Assembly: GCF_002087085.1 (NCBI RefSeq)
Contig: NZ_MWQY01000017.1
Coordinates: 1-64,000 of the forward strand
Direction of reading: 5' to 3'
DNA length: 64,000 nt
Position numbers and translations under genes: made by a program. The notes under the pieces are model-generated. The model saw nothing but the letters and a program-made list of their open reading frames with translations. It ran no database searches and was not told where the DNA came from. The stretch's first letter is position 1. Each line of letters begins with the position of its first letter. This document shows, one piece after another, positions 19,204 to 28,626 of this stretch.

Positions 19204-21234
19204 ATGAAATTAAAAGCTAATGTAATCCTGCTGTTGGCTGTAATGGTGTTTTTATTCGCTTCGGTGAGTATTCCGTATACTCTTATACAGGTCAGTAAAA
19301 TCCGAAACGCCGCCTTGCACTCAAGCGTTGAAACGATCAGGTCTGAACTGAAGCAGGCATTGAGCGCGAAGGAGGATGTCTGGCTGACAAATGCTCTGCA
19401 GATTGCTTTTAATCCGATCATATCAGGTGCGATGGAGCAGGGGGATCGTCAGACCTGCATACAAATCCTGAACCATTACAGCAGTGTCTTTAAGGATAAT
19501 ACGGGTTTTAAAAATGTGCAGGTGCATTTGATCGACAGCCAGCTCAGGTCTTTTGTTAAATCCTGGGATCCTGACAGCTTTGGGGAATCCCTCGATTATT
19601 CCCCCGGCTATAAAAAGGTTGCTCAAAGCAGAAAACCTCTGGTAACCATGGAGGTTTCTTCAAAGGGCCTGCGCTTGAAAGGACTCTTTCCTGTTATTGT
19701 GGATGGAGTTTTTACTGGAATAGTGAACTTCGAAGGCGGCCTTAACTCCATAAAAAGATCACTGCAGGAATACAATACGGAATTCCTCTATTTCATGTCC
19801 AACGAGGATCTTTCCATAGGGAAAGAAATACAGGGAAGTCCGGGCATAGAAGGGTATACCCTGAGTCAGAGCGATTTTGATGAAACCTTTCTTGCCCATG
19901 TACAGCAGAAAGTGAATACCCCGGACGCACTGTCGGCGTATGAATTTGACGATGCCTATTTGACCGCTGCGGTGCCGATCTATGACAGTGCCGATACTCT
20001 GGCAGGGCTGTATTTCGTGGGAAAAAGGAGCAAAGAGGTAACAGCTCAGCTTGATGAAGCTACCCGGGTTATCACAGTTCTGTTAACGGTTTTTTCTGTT
20101 CTCTTTGTTTTTGTCGTCATTACTGTGCTGATTTTTCTTGTACGCACTGTTATACGTCCTTTGGCGGAATTTACCGCCAAAATCAATCAACTCGCCAGGG
20201 GGAATCTGTCCTCGAACTTCAGCGACGGAAAAGATCGAAGGGATGTGATAGGTATACTTACCCAGGCACTTCAGCAGATGCAGAACAGTCTGCAGTATAA
20301 AGCTGAAATAATAGAGAGCTTCGCTGAAGGAGATTTTTCTGTCGATTTTGAAAAAGAGAGCGAAGAGGACACCCTGGGTGAGTCCCTGATTAGTATGAAG
20401 CGTTCTCTGAACGGACTGATCGGCCACGTGGAGAACACCATAGATCAGGTCAACAGCGGTGCCGACCAGGTAGCCCAGGCCAGCCAGAATCTCAGCCAGA
20501 GTTCCACCGAGCAGGCCAGCAGTCTTGAAGAGATTACCTCCTCCGCCACAGAAATCAACAGCCAGTCAAAGAAAAACGCGAAAAATGCTGTTGAGGCGCT
20601 CAGCCTGGCAAAGCAGGCAACAAAGGATGCTGAAGACGGTAACAGGCAGATGCAGGAAATGGCCAATATCATGGATACGATCAATGCATCCTCCGATGCG
20701 ATCAACAAGGTGGTCAAGGTTATCGATGATATTGCCTTTCAGATAAATCTGCTGGCTTTGAATGCCAACATTGAAGCTGCACGGGCTGGTAAATATGGAA
20801 AAGGTTTTGCGGTTGTCGCCGAAGAAGTACGAAACCTTGCGGTAAAAAGTGCTGAATCAGTAAAGGAGACAACCCAGATGGTAAACGATACGGTGAGCAA
20901 CATAAAGGCCGGGAGCGATGCCGCAGCCCTCACTTCCAGGCAGCTGGAATCAATCGTTGAAGAATCCGGCAAGGTTGCTGAACTCCTCGACGATATAGCC
21001 AAAGCCAGCAGGGATCAGGCACAGGCCATCTCTCAGATTTCCGACGGTCTGGATCAGATTGAGCAGACGACCCAGGCAAATACCGCCAGTGCAGAGGAGA
21101 GCGCTGCAGCCTCAGAGGAACTTGCCGGTCAGGCGGATCATCTTCGCGGTCTTATTTCTCAATTCCGGCTCGATCGCCGCTACAGCGAAGCTGTCCTGGC
21201 CATTGGTTCAGACAGTGAATATGATGACACATGA
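19204..21234 (+). CDS. Methyl-accepting chemotaxis protein (Cache sensor, HAMP, MCP signal domain)
   Basis: Two TM helices; [40 protein letters not shown] 19204 after AGGAGG. Confidence 0.95.
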   Translation: MKLKANVILLLAVMVFLFASVSIPYTLIQVSKIRNAALHSSVETIRSELKQALSAKEDVWLTNALQIAFNPIISGAMEQGDRQTCIQILNHYSSVFKDNTGFKNVQVHLIDSQLRSFVKSWDPDSFGESLDYSPGYKKVAQSRKPLVTMEVSSKGLRLKGLFPVIVDGVFTGIVNFEGGLNSIKRSLQEYNTEFLYFMSNEDLSIGKEIQGSPGIEGYTLSQSDFDETFLAHVQQKVNTPDALSAYEFDDAYLTAAVPIYDSADTLAGLYFVGKRSKEVTAQLDEATRVITVLLTVFSVLFVFVVITVLIFLVRTVIRPLAEFTAKINQLARGNLSSNFSDGKDRRDVIGILTQALQQMQNSLQYKAEIIESFAEGDFSVDFEKESEEDTLGESLISMKRSLNGLIGHVENTIDQVNSGADQVAQASQNLSQSSTEQASSLEEITSSATEINSQSKKNAKNAVEALSLAKQATKDAEDGNRQMQEMANIMDTINASSDAINKVVKVIDDIAFQINLLALNANIEAARAGKYGKGFAVVAEEVRNLAVKSAESVKETTQMVNDTVSNIKAGSDAAALTSRQLESIVEESGKVAELLDDIAKASRDQAQAISQISDGLDQIEQTTQANTASAEESAAASEELAGQADHLRGLISQFRLDRRYSEAVLAIGSDSEYDDT

Positions 21235-21246
21235 GAAAATGCTTTT

Positions 21247-21741
21247 TTAGAACAATGCAAGGGTACCTTTGATAAAATAAAAACCGATGACACCGCTTAC
21301 AGCGAGTTTAATCAGGATGGCCGCCATGGTTCCGGTGAATACCCCGAAGGCGGCTTTGAAGGGTCTGGATTCCGGTCGTTTCCAGATAAGTTCTCCTGCC
21401 AGGGCGCCCAGAAAGGTTCCGATTATGGTTCCGAAGGGCGGAAAAAAGATGGTACCTATAATCATGCCCGCAATGCTGCCCCGGACTCCCGCCTTCCCTG
21501 CACCGGAGAGGCGCGAGGCGGCCACGGGGAGCAGGGAATCAAAAAGCGCCGCCGCCAGGGATATAACTCCCAGCAGGATTATCAGCCACAGAGGGTATAT
21601 TTCCCATGATCCCGCCAGGGAAACCAGTATCAGTGAAACAAAGGCGACAGGAGGGCCGGGGAGTACCGGTGCAATGCAGCCGATGAGCCCTGCCAGGATA
21701 AGGAGACTGCCTGTAAGGGTGCTTAAGACAGCCGGGATCAT
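21247..21741 (-). CDS. DUF456 family membrane protein
   Basis: GLIGCIAPVLPGPP...GAGKAG...FFPPFG.IIG.FLGALAGE; ATG overlaps the upstream stop (ATGA). Confidence 0.8.
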   Translation of the reverse strand: MIPAVLSTLTGSLLILAGLIGCIAPVLPGPPVAFVSLILVSLAGSWEIYPLWLIILLGVISLAAALFDSLLPVAASRLSGAGKAGVRGSIAGMIIGTIFFPPFGTIIGTFLGALAGELIWKRPESRPFKAAFGVFTGTMAAILIKLAVSGVIGFYFIKGTLALF

Positions 21742-22769
21742 CGGGAGTTCCGGTGTGCATCGAGAAAGCCCGTCAGAAAATTCCTGACGCATTCTCCCAG
21801 AGTGGATGTATTGTACCCCCCTTCCTGGAGAATCAGGGTCGGAAGGTCCAAGGCGGCAAAGGCTGCACCGATTTCAGGATAGTCTGCCGTATCGAGTCCG
21901 AGTCCGCCGATGGGATCATCCCTGTGGGTATCGAAGCCCGCGGAGATAATCAGATAGGACGGTTTAAAGTCCCTCACCTTCGCGAGTATCCTGTCCAGTG
22001 ACGCCAGGTACTCTCTTTTTCCCGCTCCCTTGGGAAGCGGTTCATTATGGTTGGTCCCTGCGGCCTGACCCTTCCCGGTCTCCTCGGCATAACCCCAGAA
22101 ATAGGGGTACTCCGAGGAAGGGTCGCAATGAACCGAAGAGGTAAAAACCGACTTGACCTCCTCAAAAAACTCCTGGGTACCGTTTCCGTGGTGGTAGTCA
22201 ATGTCAACGATGGCGACAGTTCCGGAGGGCAGCAGAAACTCGGCCGCAACAGCGGCATTGTTGAAATAACAGTAGCCTCCGAAGACCCGGGGACCGGCAT
22301 GGTGTCCCGAGGGGCGGCACAGGGCGTATACGCATCTCTCGGTGCCCTCGCGGATCATTTCTGCTCCCGTCAGGGCACTTTCGGCTGAAGCCCGGGCCAC
22401 CTCGTATGTCCGTTTCTTGATGGGAGTTACCGCATCGGTGCACCAGATTCCGCCCCAGAGAGGTTCATGGACCTTTTTTTTGAGTCCCGCACCTTCTCCC
22501 GGAAAAAGATCTGGATAAAACTCCTCTTCGTCGTTGGCCAGCGAGGCGGAGGTGTTGCGAATGTAGTCGTGGTAGGGATGGAGGCGCGAGATCAGGCGTT
22601 CCGGGTAGTGCTGTGCCGTAACAAACTCGAAATCTGTCGATTCCCCCAGGGCCTCCTTTATGCTTGCCACCCGGAGGGGTGTGTCCTTCACTTCGTAGGT
22701 TTCAGGTCCGAGCTGGTATTTCCAGAAGGGGTTATGGAGACTGTCGTTGTATTTTTCAATGACTTTCAT
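21738..22769 (-). CDS. Zn-dependent histone-deacetylase-family enzyme, acetylpolyamine amidohydrolase-like
   Basis: ALCRPSGHHA, GGYCYFNNAA, DIDYHHGNGTQ, SAGFD, QEGGY. Confidence 0.9.
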   Translation of the reverse strand: MKVIEKYNDSLHNPFWKYQLGPETYEVKDTPLRVASIKEALGESTDFEFVTAQHYPERLISRLHPYHDYIRNTSASLANDEEEFYPDLFPGEGAGLKKKVHEPLWGGIWCTDAVTPIKKRTYEVARASAESALTGAEMIREGTERCVYALCRPSGHHAGPRVFGGYCYFNNAAVAAEFLLPSGTVAIVDIDYHHGNGTQEFFEEVKSVFTSSVHCDPSSEYPYFWGYAEETGKGQAAGTNHNEPLPKGAGKREYLASLDRILAKVRDFKPSYLIISAGFDTHRDDPIGGLGLDTADYPEIGAAFAALDLPTLILQEGGYNTSTLGECVRNFLTGFLDAHRNSR

Positions 22770-24912
22770 GAATCTTTCTCCCTTTGTTCAGAAGCTCAAT
22801 AAGCCTGTCATGGGGAATCGGCGGACACCAGCGTTGCTGCCTGCCGTTCATGCCCCCGGAACAGAAGACGGCATTCAGCACCGCCTCCTCAGTTGCCTCG
22901 ATTACCGCTTCGTAGACAATATTTATGTGATTGTCCGAGATACACTTCAGGTTGATAAAACTCCCGGATGAGCGTGCCACCCGTGGTTTCCGGTTGCCCG
23001 TACTGAAGGCGATAATAATCTCACCGCTTGTGGATGCGGCATAGGATCCGGTACGCCCCAGCCCCAGGGCCGCCCGCCGTGAGATACGGTTCAGCTGGCT
23101 GCTGATAAGGGGGACGTCCGTCGCCACCACGACAATAACCGAACCTTCAGATAACTCCCTTCGGCCGGAATGCTCAAACTCGGTATCGAGCTGACGTCCC
23201 ACTACGGCGCCGTCAATTGTAAGGTTCCGCATCCTGCCGAAGTTTGAGAGCACAAGTACCCCGATGGTAAAGCCGCTTCCTTCCGGCAGATCGAAGATTC
23301 GGGAGGAGGTACCGATTCCTCCGGCGAAATCGAAGCTGGTCATCCCGGTCCCGGCACCTGTTGACCCCTGGGCGACCGGACCGGGGGAGGCCGCCTCAAT
23401 CGCCTTTATGGCGTCCTGGGCGCTGCAGGTTCCGATTCGTACATCATTGAGAAAGGAATCGTCCGCTTCACCTACAACCGGAAGCACCACGTCGGTTTCA
23501 GTCCCCATGGTGGGGTATTTACGGCTCATGTGCTGAATTACGCCGGCGTGAACCCTGCCGACGGAGTGGGAATTTGTCAGGAGAATCGGTGTTTCGAGCC
23601 AGCCTGTCTCCAGAACCTGGGTGAGTCCGGACATTTCTCCCACGCCGTTAAGTACAAAGCCCCCTGCGGCTATGCGGTTTGCATAGGCCTGCCCGGCGGG
23701 TAGTACAGCGGTTACCCCGGTACGGATGCTGCTCGATTCGGTCTGTCCGGGTATCTGCACGTTGTCCTCGATCCTGGTCAGGTGACCGACCCGGACACCT
23801 TTGACGTCGGTAATCGCGTTTACAAGGCCCGGATTCATGCGGCCGATCTGGATTCCCAGCTCTCTCACGCTTGTTCGGGGAACTGTTGAAGGGTGCCTGT
23901 TTTTCTGGTTCTTCCTGGCGGGACGTATGGCCATACCGTAACGGCGTGAAGCGGAACGGATTATAAGCCGCATCACATCCCTGAACTCAAGTCCCCGTTC
24001 CCGTGCGGCGGTCATAAGGGATGCGTTGGGATGCAGACTGGGCAGGGGATTCAGTTCAATAAAGTAGGGAGTCCCGTCGGTGTGCAGACGAATATCCACC
24101 CGCCCGAGATCTGGACAGGTCATGATATCGAATACCTGCCGCGCCATATGCAGGACCGACCGCTCTTCGCTGCCGTCTATGCGGGCCGGACAGATTACCT
24201 GAACAGCCCGGGCCGCTTCGCCTCCCTGCTTCATGTCATAGTCGTAAATATTGAATTTGCCGCCGGTCCTTTCCAGGTCAAAGGTGTGTTCCACGATGTC
24301 GAGGATTTTCCCCGGGTATCCCTCAATAAAGGGCACGCTCAGCTCCCTTCCGGTAATGAACTCCTCCACAACCAGCCCCTCGGGATACTGGCTGAGCAGT
24401 TCCGCTATCCGCTGTTCTGCCTCTTCTTTTGATTCAACAACTGACCTTTGTGTAATGCCCTTGCTGGATCCTTCGGAGTTGGGTTTTATTATCAGGGGAT
24501 AGCGGAGTTCTTCATCGATATGGCGGTTTTTTCCGCTTATAAGGACACCCTTCGGAACCCGGATACCCCGGGAAGAGAGCACGGTCTTTGCCAGATGTTT
24601 GTCCAGGTTAAGGTGGAGAAGCGAGGCGTTTCCGCCGGTAAAGGGAATGCCCATCTGTTCATACAGGCCGGGGTAAAAGGCCTCTCTGGAACTGCCGATG
24701 GTGCCCTCGGCAAGATTGAAGATAAGGTCGGGTTCGCTCTCCACCAGGCGCTCGATAACCTGATGAGGATTCCCGCTCACCTCGACAACCGTAACAGTAT
24801 GCTGCAGGCTGCTGATGGCACGGTATATTCGCTCGATGTCCTTGGGACTCAGCAGTTCTGCGGTGGCTTCGGAGTCGTCGGTCCGCAGGTTATATGCGAC
24901 GGTGATCCTCAT
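22756..24912 (-). CDS. Fusion: D-Ala-D-Ala-ligase-like ATP-grasp domain + DmpA/peptidase S58 (P1) domain
   Basis: aa ~1-325: DLIFNLAEG, LDKHLAK, IIKPNSEGSSKGI, EEFITGRE, RVDIR, IELNPLP. aa ~345-710: NAITDVKGVRVGH, RTGVTA, GAGTGM, GS(V/I)IVVVATD. Confidence 0.88.
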   Translation of the reverse strand: MRITVAYNLRTDDSEATAELLSPKDIERIYRAISSLQHTVTVVEVSGNPHQVIERLVESEPDLIFNLAEGTIGSSREAFYPGLYEQMGIPFTGGNASLLHLNLDKHLAKTVLSSRGIRVPKGVLISGKNRHIDEELRYPLIIKPNSEGSSKGITQRSVVESKEEAEQRIAELLSQYPEGLVVEEFITGRELSVPFIEGYPGKILDIVEHTFDLERTGGKFNIYDYDMKQGGEAARAVQVICPARIDGSEERSVLHMARQVFDIMTCPDLGRVDIRLHTDGTPYFIELNPLPSLHPNASLMTAARERGLEFRDVMRLIIRSASRRYGMAIRPARKNQKNRHPSTVPRTSVRELGIQIGRMNPGLVNAITDVKGVRVGHLTRIEDNVQIPGQTESSSIRTGVTAVLPAGQAYANRIAAGGFVLNGVGEMSGLTQVLETGWLETPILLTNSHSVGRVHAGVIQHMSRKYPTMGTETDVVLPVVGEADDSFLNDVRIGTCSAQDAIKAIEAASPGPVAQGSTGAGTGMTSFDFAGGIGTSSRIFDLPEGSGFTIGVLVLSNFGRMRNLTIDGAVVGRQLDTEFEHSGRRELSEGSVIVVVATDVPLISSQLNRISRRAALGLGRTGSYAASTSGEIIIAFSTGNRKPRVARSSGSFINLKCISDNHINIVYEAVIEATEEAVLNAVFCSGGMNGRQQRWCPPIPHDRLIELLNKGRKIHESH

Positions 24913-24939
24913 GCATCCTCCCTGGCAGGGTAGAGTATA

Positions 24940-26745
24940 CTACATTCCGGAGTATTCCGCGATCGCTCTCAGAAAATGGCTTCCGTACTTTGCCAGTTTT
25001 ACCTCGCCGACTCCGGGTATATCCAGCATTTGATCACTGTTCTGCGGCAGGCGGCTGGCCATGGCCAGAAGGCTTGTGTCGGGAAAAATCATGTAGGGGG
25101 GGAGCCCCGCCTGGTCCGCGAGTCTTTTTCGCAGGCCTCTGAGCACTTCGAAGAGCTGACTGTCATGCTTTTCCGGACGGCTTTTTATTCTATCCGAATG
25201 CATTCCATCCTCATGAAGCTGTCCGAAAACCTCGAGTTCTCCCCGCAGTACCTGCCTGGCTTTCCCGGTGGGGAGGAGGCTTCCGTGCTGCGGGTCCTGC
25301 GTCAGAAGGCCCTGCCGGATAAACTGACGGGAAAGATGAAACCACTGCCGCTTTGTGTATTCCAGTCCAATCCCGTAGGTAGAGAGTTGGTCATGCCCCC
25401 GGTCCAGAACCTTTTGGGACTTTGACCCCCGAAGGACATCGATTATGTGCCCCGCGCCGAAAATCCGTCCCGTACGAATAACACAGGAGAGGAACTTCCG
25501 GGCTGCCAGGCTGATGTTGTCCTGATGTTCTGTTTGTTTTTTTTCCCTGCTGCAGTTATCACAGTGTCTGCAGTTATCGCCTTCAAAAGCCTCGCCGAAG
25601 TAGGAGAGCAGGGGTATTCTCCTGCATATCTCGGACTCGGCATAATTTATCATTGCCTTCAGGTGCAGTTCCGCGGCTTTCTGTCCCTTTTTATCCTTTC
25701 CGGAGATGAAATATCGAATTGTCCGTATATCGCCGTAGCCGAACAGCAGAAGACAATGGGAATCAAGACCGTCGCGTCCTGCCCGTCCGATCTGCTGATA
25801 ATAACTTTCGATATTCTTGGGTAGATCACGGTGCAGGATAAAACGGATGTCCGGCTTGTCTATGCCCATACCGAAAGCGACGGTTGCAACCATTATCTGG
25901 ACATCGTCCTTTATAAAAGCCCGCTGGTTTGATCGGCGTTCTTCGTCGCTTAGGCCTGCATGGTATGGGAGCGCCAGGAATCCCCGGGACCGAAGCATAG
26001 AAGCCGTTTCATCCACCCTGCGGCGTGTGGCACAGTAGATTATCCCGGATTGATCCGGGTATTGCCGGATAAAGTCCAGCATCTGGGAATCCGGATCCGA
26101 CTTGATGCGTACCTCGAGGAAGAGCCCGGGGCGGTCAAAACCGGCGACAAAGACTTCCGGCCGGATCAGATTGAGGCTGCTGCAGATATCATGGCGTACC
26201 TGCTCTGTTGCAGTGGCCGTCAGGGCAATCCACACGCTCTTCGGGAATCGTGTACGCAGGGCGGCTATCTGACGGTATTCGGGCCTGAAATCGTGTCCCC
26301 ACTCGGAAATGCAGTGGGCTTCGTCTATGGCTATACAGGAGATATCCAGTTGCTCAAGAAACCCGGCAGTTCGTTCCTGCAGCAGGGTTTCCGGTGCAGT
26401 ATACAGCAGTTTTATCTCTCCACGGCTCAGCAGCCCCATGTTCTGACGGTATTCCTCAGCAGATAAGGAGCTGTTCAGACAGACGGCGGGTATACCGAGC
26501 TCCTTCAGCTGGGACACCTGGTCTTCCATCAGGGAGATAAGGGGAGAAACGACCAGAGTTAGTCCCTCCAGCACGAGGGCGGGAATCTGATAGCAGAGGG
26601 ATTTTCCACCCCCCGTGGGCATTACAACGAGGGTATCCCTGCCGGCGAGGACAGACCCGATAATTTCCTTCTGCAGCGGCCTGAAACTGTCAAAACCGAA
26701 AACCCTCTTGGCAATTTTTTTTGCCTCTGTTGTAGATCCCATCAT
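24940..26745 (-). CDS. recQ: ATP-dependent DNA helicase RecQ
   Basis: MPTGGGKSLCYQ, DEAHCISEWGHDFRPEY, ATVAFGMGIDK, RQC zinc site, HRDC. Confidence 0.96.
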   Translation of the reverse strand: MMGSTTEAKKIAKRVFGFDSFRPLQKEIIGSVLAGRDTLVVMPTGGGKSLCYQIPALVLEGLTLVVSPLISLMEDQVSQLKELGIPAVCLNSSLSAEEYRQNMGLLSRGEIKLLYTAPETLLQERTAGFLEQLDISCIAIDEAHCISEWGHDFRPEYRQIAALRTRFPKSVWIALTATATEQVRHDICSSLNLIRPEVFVAGFDRPGLFLEVRIKSDPDSQMLDFIRQYPDQSGIIYCATRRRVDETASMLRSRGFLALPYHAGLSDEERRSNQRAFIKDDVQIMVATVAFGMGIDKPDIRFILHRDLPKNIESYYQQIGRAGRDGLDSHCLLLFGYGDIRTIRYFISGKDKKGQKAAELHLKAMINYAESEICRRIPLLSYFGEAFEGDNCRHCDNCSREKKQTEHQDNISLAARKFLSCVIRTGRIFGAGHIIDVLRGSKSQKVLDRGHDQLSTYGIGLEYTKRQWFHLSRQFIRQGLLTQDPQHGSLLPTGKARQVLRGELEVFGQLHEDGMHSDRIKSRPEKHDSQLFEVLRGLRKRLADQAGLPPYMIFPDTSLLAMASRLPQNSDQMLDIPGVGEVKLAKYGSHFLRAIAEYSGM

Positions 26746-26809
26746 AGCCCTTTTATCTTAGCAGTTTTGTCAAGCAGACTGAACCGCCCATGTTTATACG
26801 TCAATCGTC

Positions 26810-26828
26810 AATACAGGATACCTGTATT
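26810..26828. promoter_or_regulatory. Perfect inverted repeat, putative transcription factor operator
   Basis: AATACAGG-ATA-CCTGTATT between divergent recQ and the FecR-domain gene. Confidence 0.45.
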
Positions 26829-26959
26829 AAACCAGGAAAAAGCGCCGTTGATTTCTTATTTCAGAGGTTTCGGAAAAAAGCGACATGGCATGGGCTTTCA
26901 TTTTTCCCTGTGCTCTGAAAGAAGTTGCGCTATTTAAGGGACTCCCCTACAATGAAGCT

Positions 26960-27634
26960 ATGAACAATAAGACGCTATTATTGCTGGGGTTGCTGGTATG
27001 GGTAATTCCGGGATTTGCCGGTGGAGAAAAGGAAGCGGAAAAGAAGGCCCTTCCAGGATATACAGGGATCGTTCATTACCTCGAAGGAAACGTAAGCATG
27101 GACGGAGAGTCCCTTGCCATAGGCGATACCGTTGCTCCTGGTTCCACGCTGACCACCGGCGAGGATTCCTACTGCGAGGTTGTTTTCGGCGGAAAGAATG
27201 TCTTTCGAATCCTTGAAAGTACCGTTGCGGTAATCGATCTGGAAAGGGGCAGGGGGAATATCCGGGTGGACAGAGGATCCATGGCCTTTCTCCTCAAACG
27301 GCTGTCTGCCCTGGATGCAGAGGAACCTGAATTCCTGGTGGATACTCCCTCCGCCGCTTTTGGGGTTCGGGGAACGGCCTTTTTTGTGGCCCTTGAGTCC
27401 CCTGCTTCGTCCTATGTCTGTGCCTGCAATGGCAGCCTCCAGGTGGAAGATGCGGCAGGAGGCAACATACAGGAACTCACCGGGTATCACCACAAGGCTT
27501 TACGCATTAAGAAAACCGGAGACGGGACTTTCGAATTTTCCGCCCCCGGTCTCCTGTACCACGATGATGAAGACATGAACAATCTTGCAAAAAGCATTGA
27601 CGAGACAATTCCCTGGGGCCGCCGGGAGTATTAA
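26960..27634 (+). CDS. Secreted FecR-domain protein
   Basis: Signal peptide; GDTV..G..LTTGEDS; DTPSAAFGVRGTAF; TTGCGC-N17-TACAAT promoter 6 nt before ATG. Confidence 0.8.
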   Translation: MNNKTLLLLGLLVWVIPGFAGGEKEAEKKALPGYTGIVHYLEGNVSMDGESLAIGDTVAPGSTLTTGEDSYCEVVFGGKNVFRILESTVAVIDLERGRGNIRVDRGSMAFLLKRLSALDAEEPEFLVDTPSAAFGVRGTAFFVALESPASSYVCACNGSLQVEDAAGGNIQELTGYHHKALRIKKTGDGTFEFSAPGLLYHDDEDMNNLAKSIDETIPWGRREY

Positions 27635-27640
27635 AGGCTT

Positions 27641-28183
27641 CTATTCAACCACAATCTTCGAAAGCCATTTTACCCAGTTGGATCCGTCGTGGCTGCCGGC
27701 GGCCAGTCGCAGGGGAAATCCATGTACCCGGTGGAACTGCCTGCCGTTGAACTCCCAGGCAATCAGCATGTCATCTTTCATGGCTTCATTAACCGGAAAG
27801 CGCGTCCTGTAGGAGCCGTCGGGGGTCGAGAATATCACCATCTTTGCGTCCCGGCGTATTCCTGCCCGTTCAAGGAGGGTACGTACCGTAACACCTGTCC
27901 AGATTCCCGAATCAGTAAAGGTATCGACACAGATCAGATCCAGCTTTTCCCGGACCGTGGGCAGGGCTTTTACCTCCGCAAATGACAGGGAGAGGGGACG
28001 TCGCACTTTTCCGCTTACCGTAAGGCGGTAGCTCTCTTCGTCCAGGTCAAAGGGTTTTCCCGTTACATGAAGACCGTCAAAGAACTCACCGAACTCAAAC
28101 TCCCGTTCCTCGGCTGCAGAAAAGGCCGCCAGGATAAAAATAAGACTTAGAACTGTCAGTACTTTTTTCATGTCCAGCTTCAC
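27641..28183 (-). CDS. Molybdopterin-dependent oxidoreductase (Oxidored_molyb, MsrP/sulfite-oxidase-like), with signal peptide
   Basis: YRLTVSG.V..P..LS, LICV, WTGV, HGFPLRL, VKWLSKI. Confidence 0.85.
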   Translation of the reverse strand: MKLDMKKVLTVLSLIFILAAFSAAEEREFEFGEFFDGLHVTGKPFDLDEESYRLTVSGKVRRPLSLSFAEVKALPTVREKLDLICVDTFTDSGIWTGVTVRTLLERAGIRRDAKMVIFSTPDGSYRTRFPVNEAMKDDMLIAWEFNGRQFHRVHGFPLRLAAGSHDGSNWVKWLSKIVVE

Positions 28184-28485
28184 CGGACTTCAGCTGCCTG
28201 CCTCAGTTTCTGCTGCCAGATGGTCTGATCGAAGCCATACAGAAAATCATTATCCGTTTTCAAAACAGGGTAGACTATGGATTTTCCCCCTGCGGGTTCA
28301 ATTTTACGTTTTATTCTGACAATCTCTTTTTTCGGGAGTCTGTCCACCTGAAGATACCGAAAAGAAAGCCCCATACTCTCCAGGAGTTCCTTTGCCTCTC
28401 TGCAGTGATCGCAGAAAGAGAGACCGTAGAGCGTCAGTTCCGGTGTTTCAAGCCCGCCTTCCGGTTTGGTATAATCTGCCTTCAT
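28180..28485 (-). CDS. Glutaredoxin family protein
   Basis: LYGLSFCDHC CxxC, YPV cis-Pro, GFD. Confidence 0.85.
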   Translation of the reverse strand: MKADYTKPEGGLETPELTLYGLSFCDHCREAKELLESMGLSFRYLQVDRLPKKEIVRIKRKIEPAGGKSIVYPVLKTDNDFLYGFDQTIWQQKLRQAAEVR

Positions 28486-28626
28486 CAGGAGTTCCTCCCT
28501 GTCGATTCACTAGGTTTCTCAGAATCAGTTATATATATAATACACACTATATAAAGATAGTAGTTGTCTCCTGTCTGGTCAAGATAAAGTTGCCAAAACC
28601 GGGGTCGAGCAGTATTTTAAGCACCT

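Noticed and set aside
22756..24912. Calling the fusion gene ddl (cell-wall D-Ala-D-Ala ligase)
   Set aside because: It lacks the canonical N-terminal GGxSxEHxVS motif, is not in a mur/dcw context, and is fused to a peptidase.
26886..26900. TGGCATGGGCTTTCA as a sigma54 -24/-12 promoter
   Set aside because: It lacks the conserved GC at -12, and a sigma70 promoter explains the downstream gene.
28529..28556. AT-rich TTATATATATAA palindrome between grx and lipA
   Set aside because: Low-complexity TA run, consistent with ordinary promoter DNA; too weak to call an operator.
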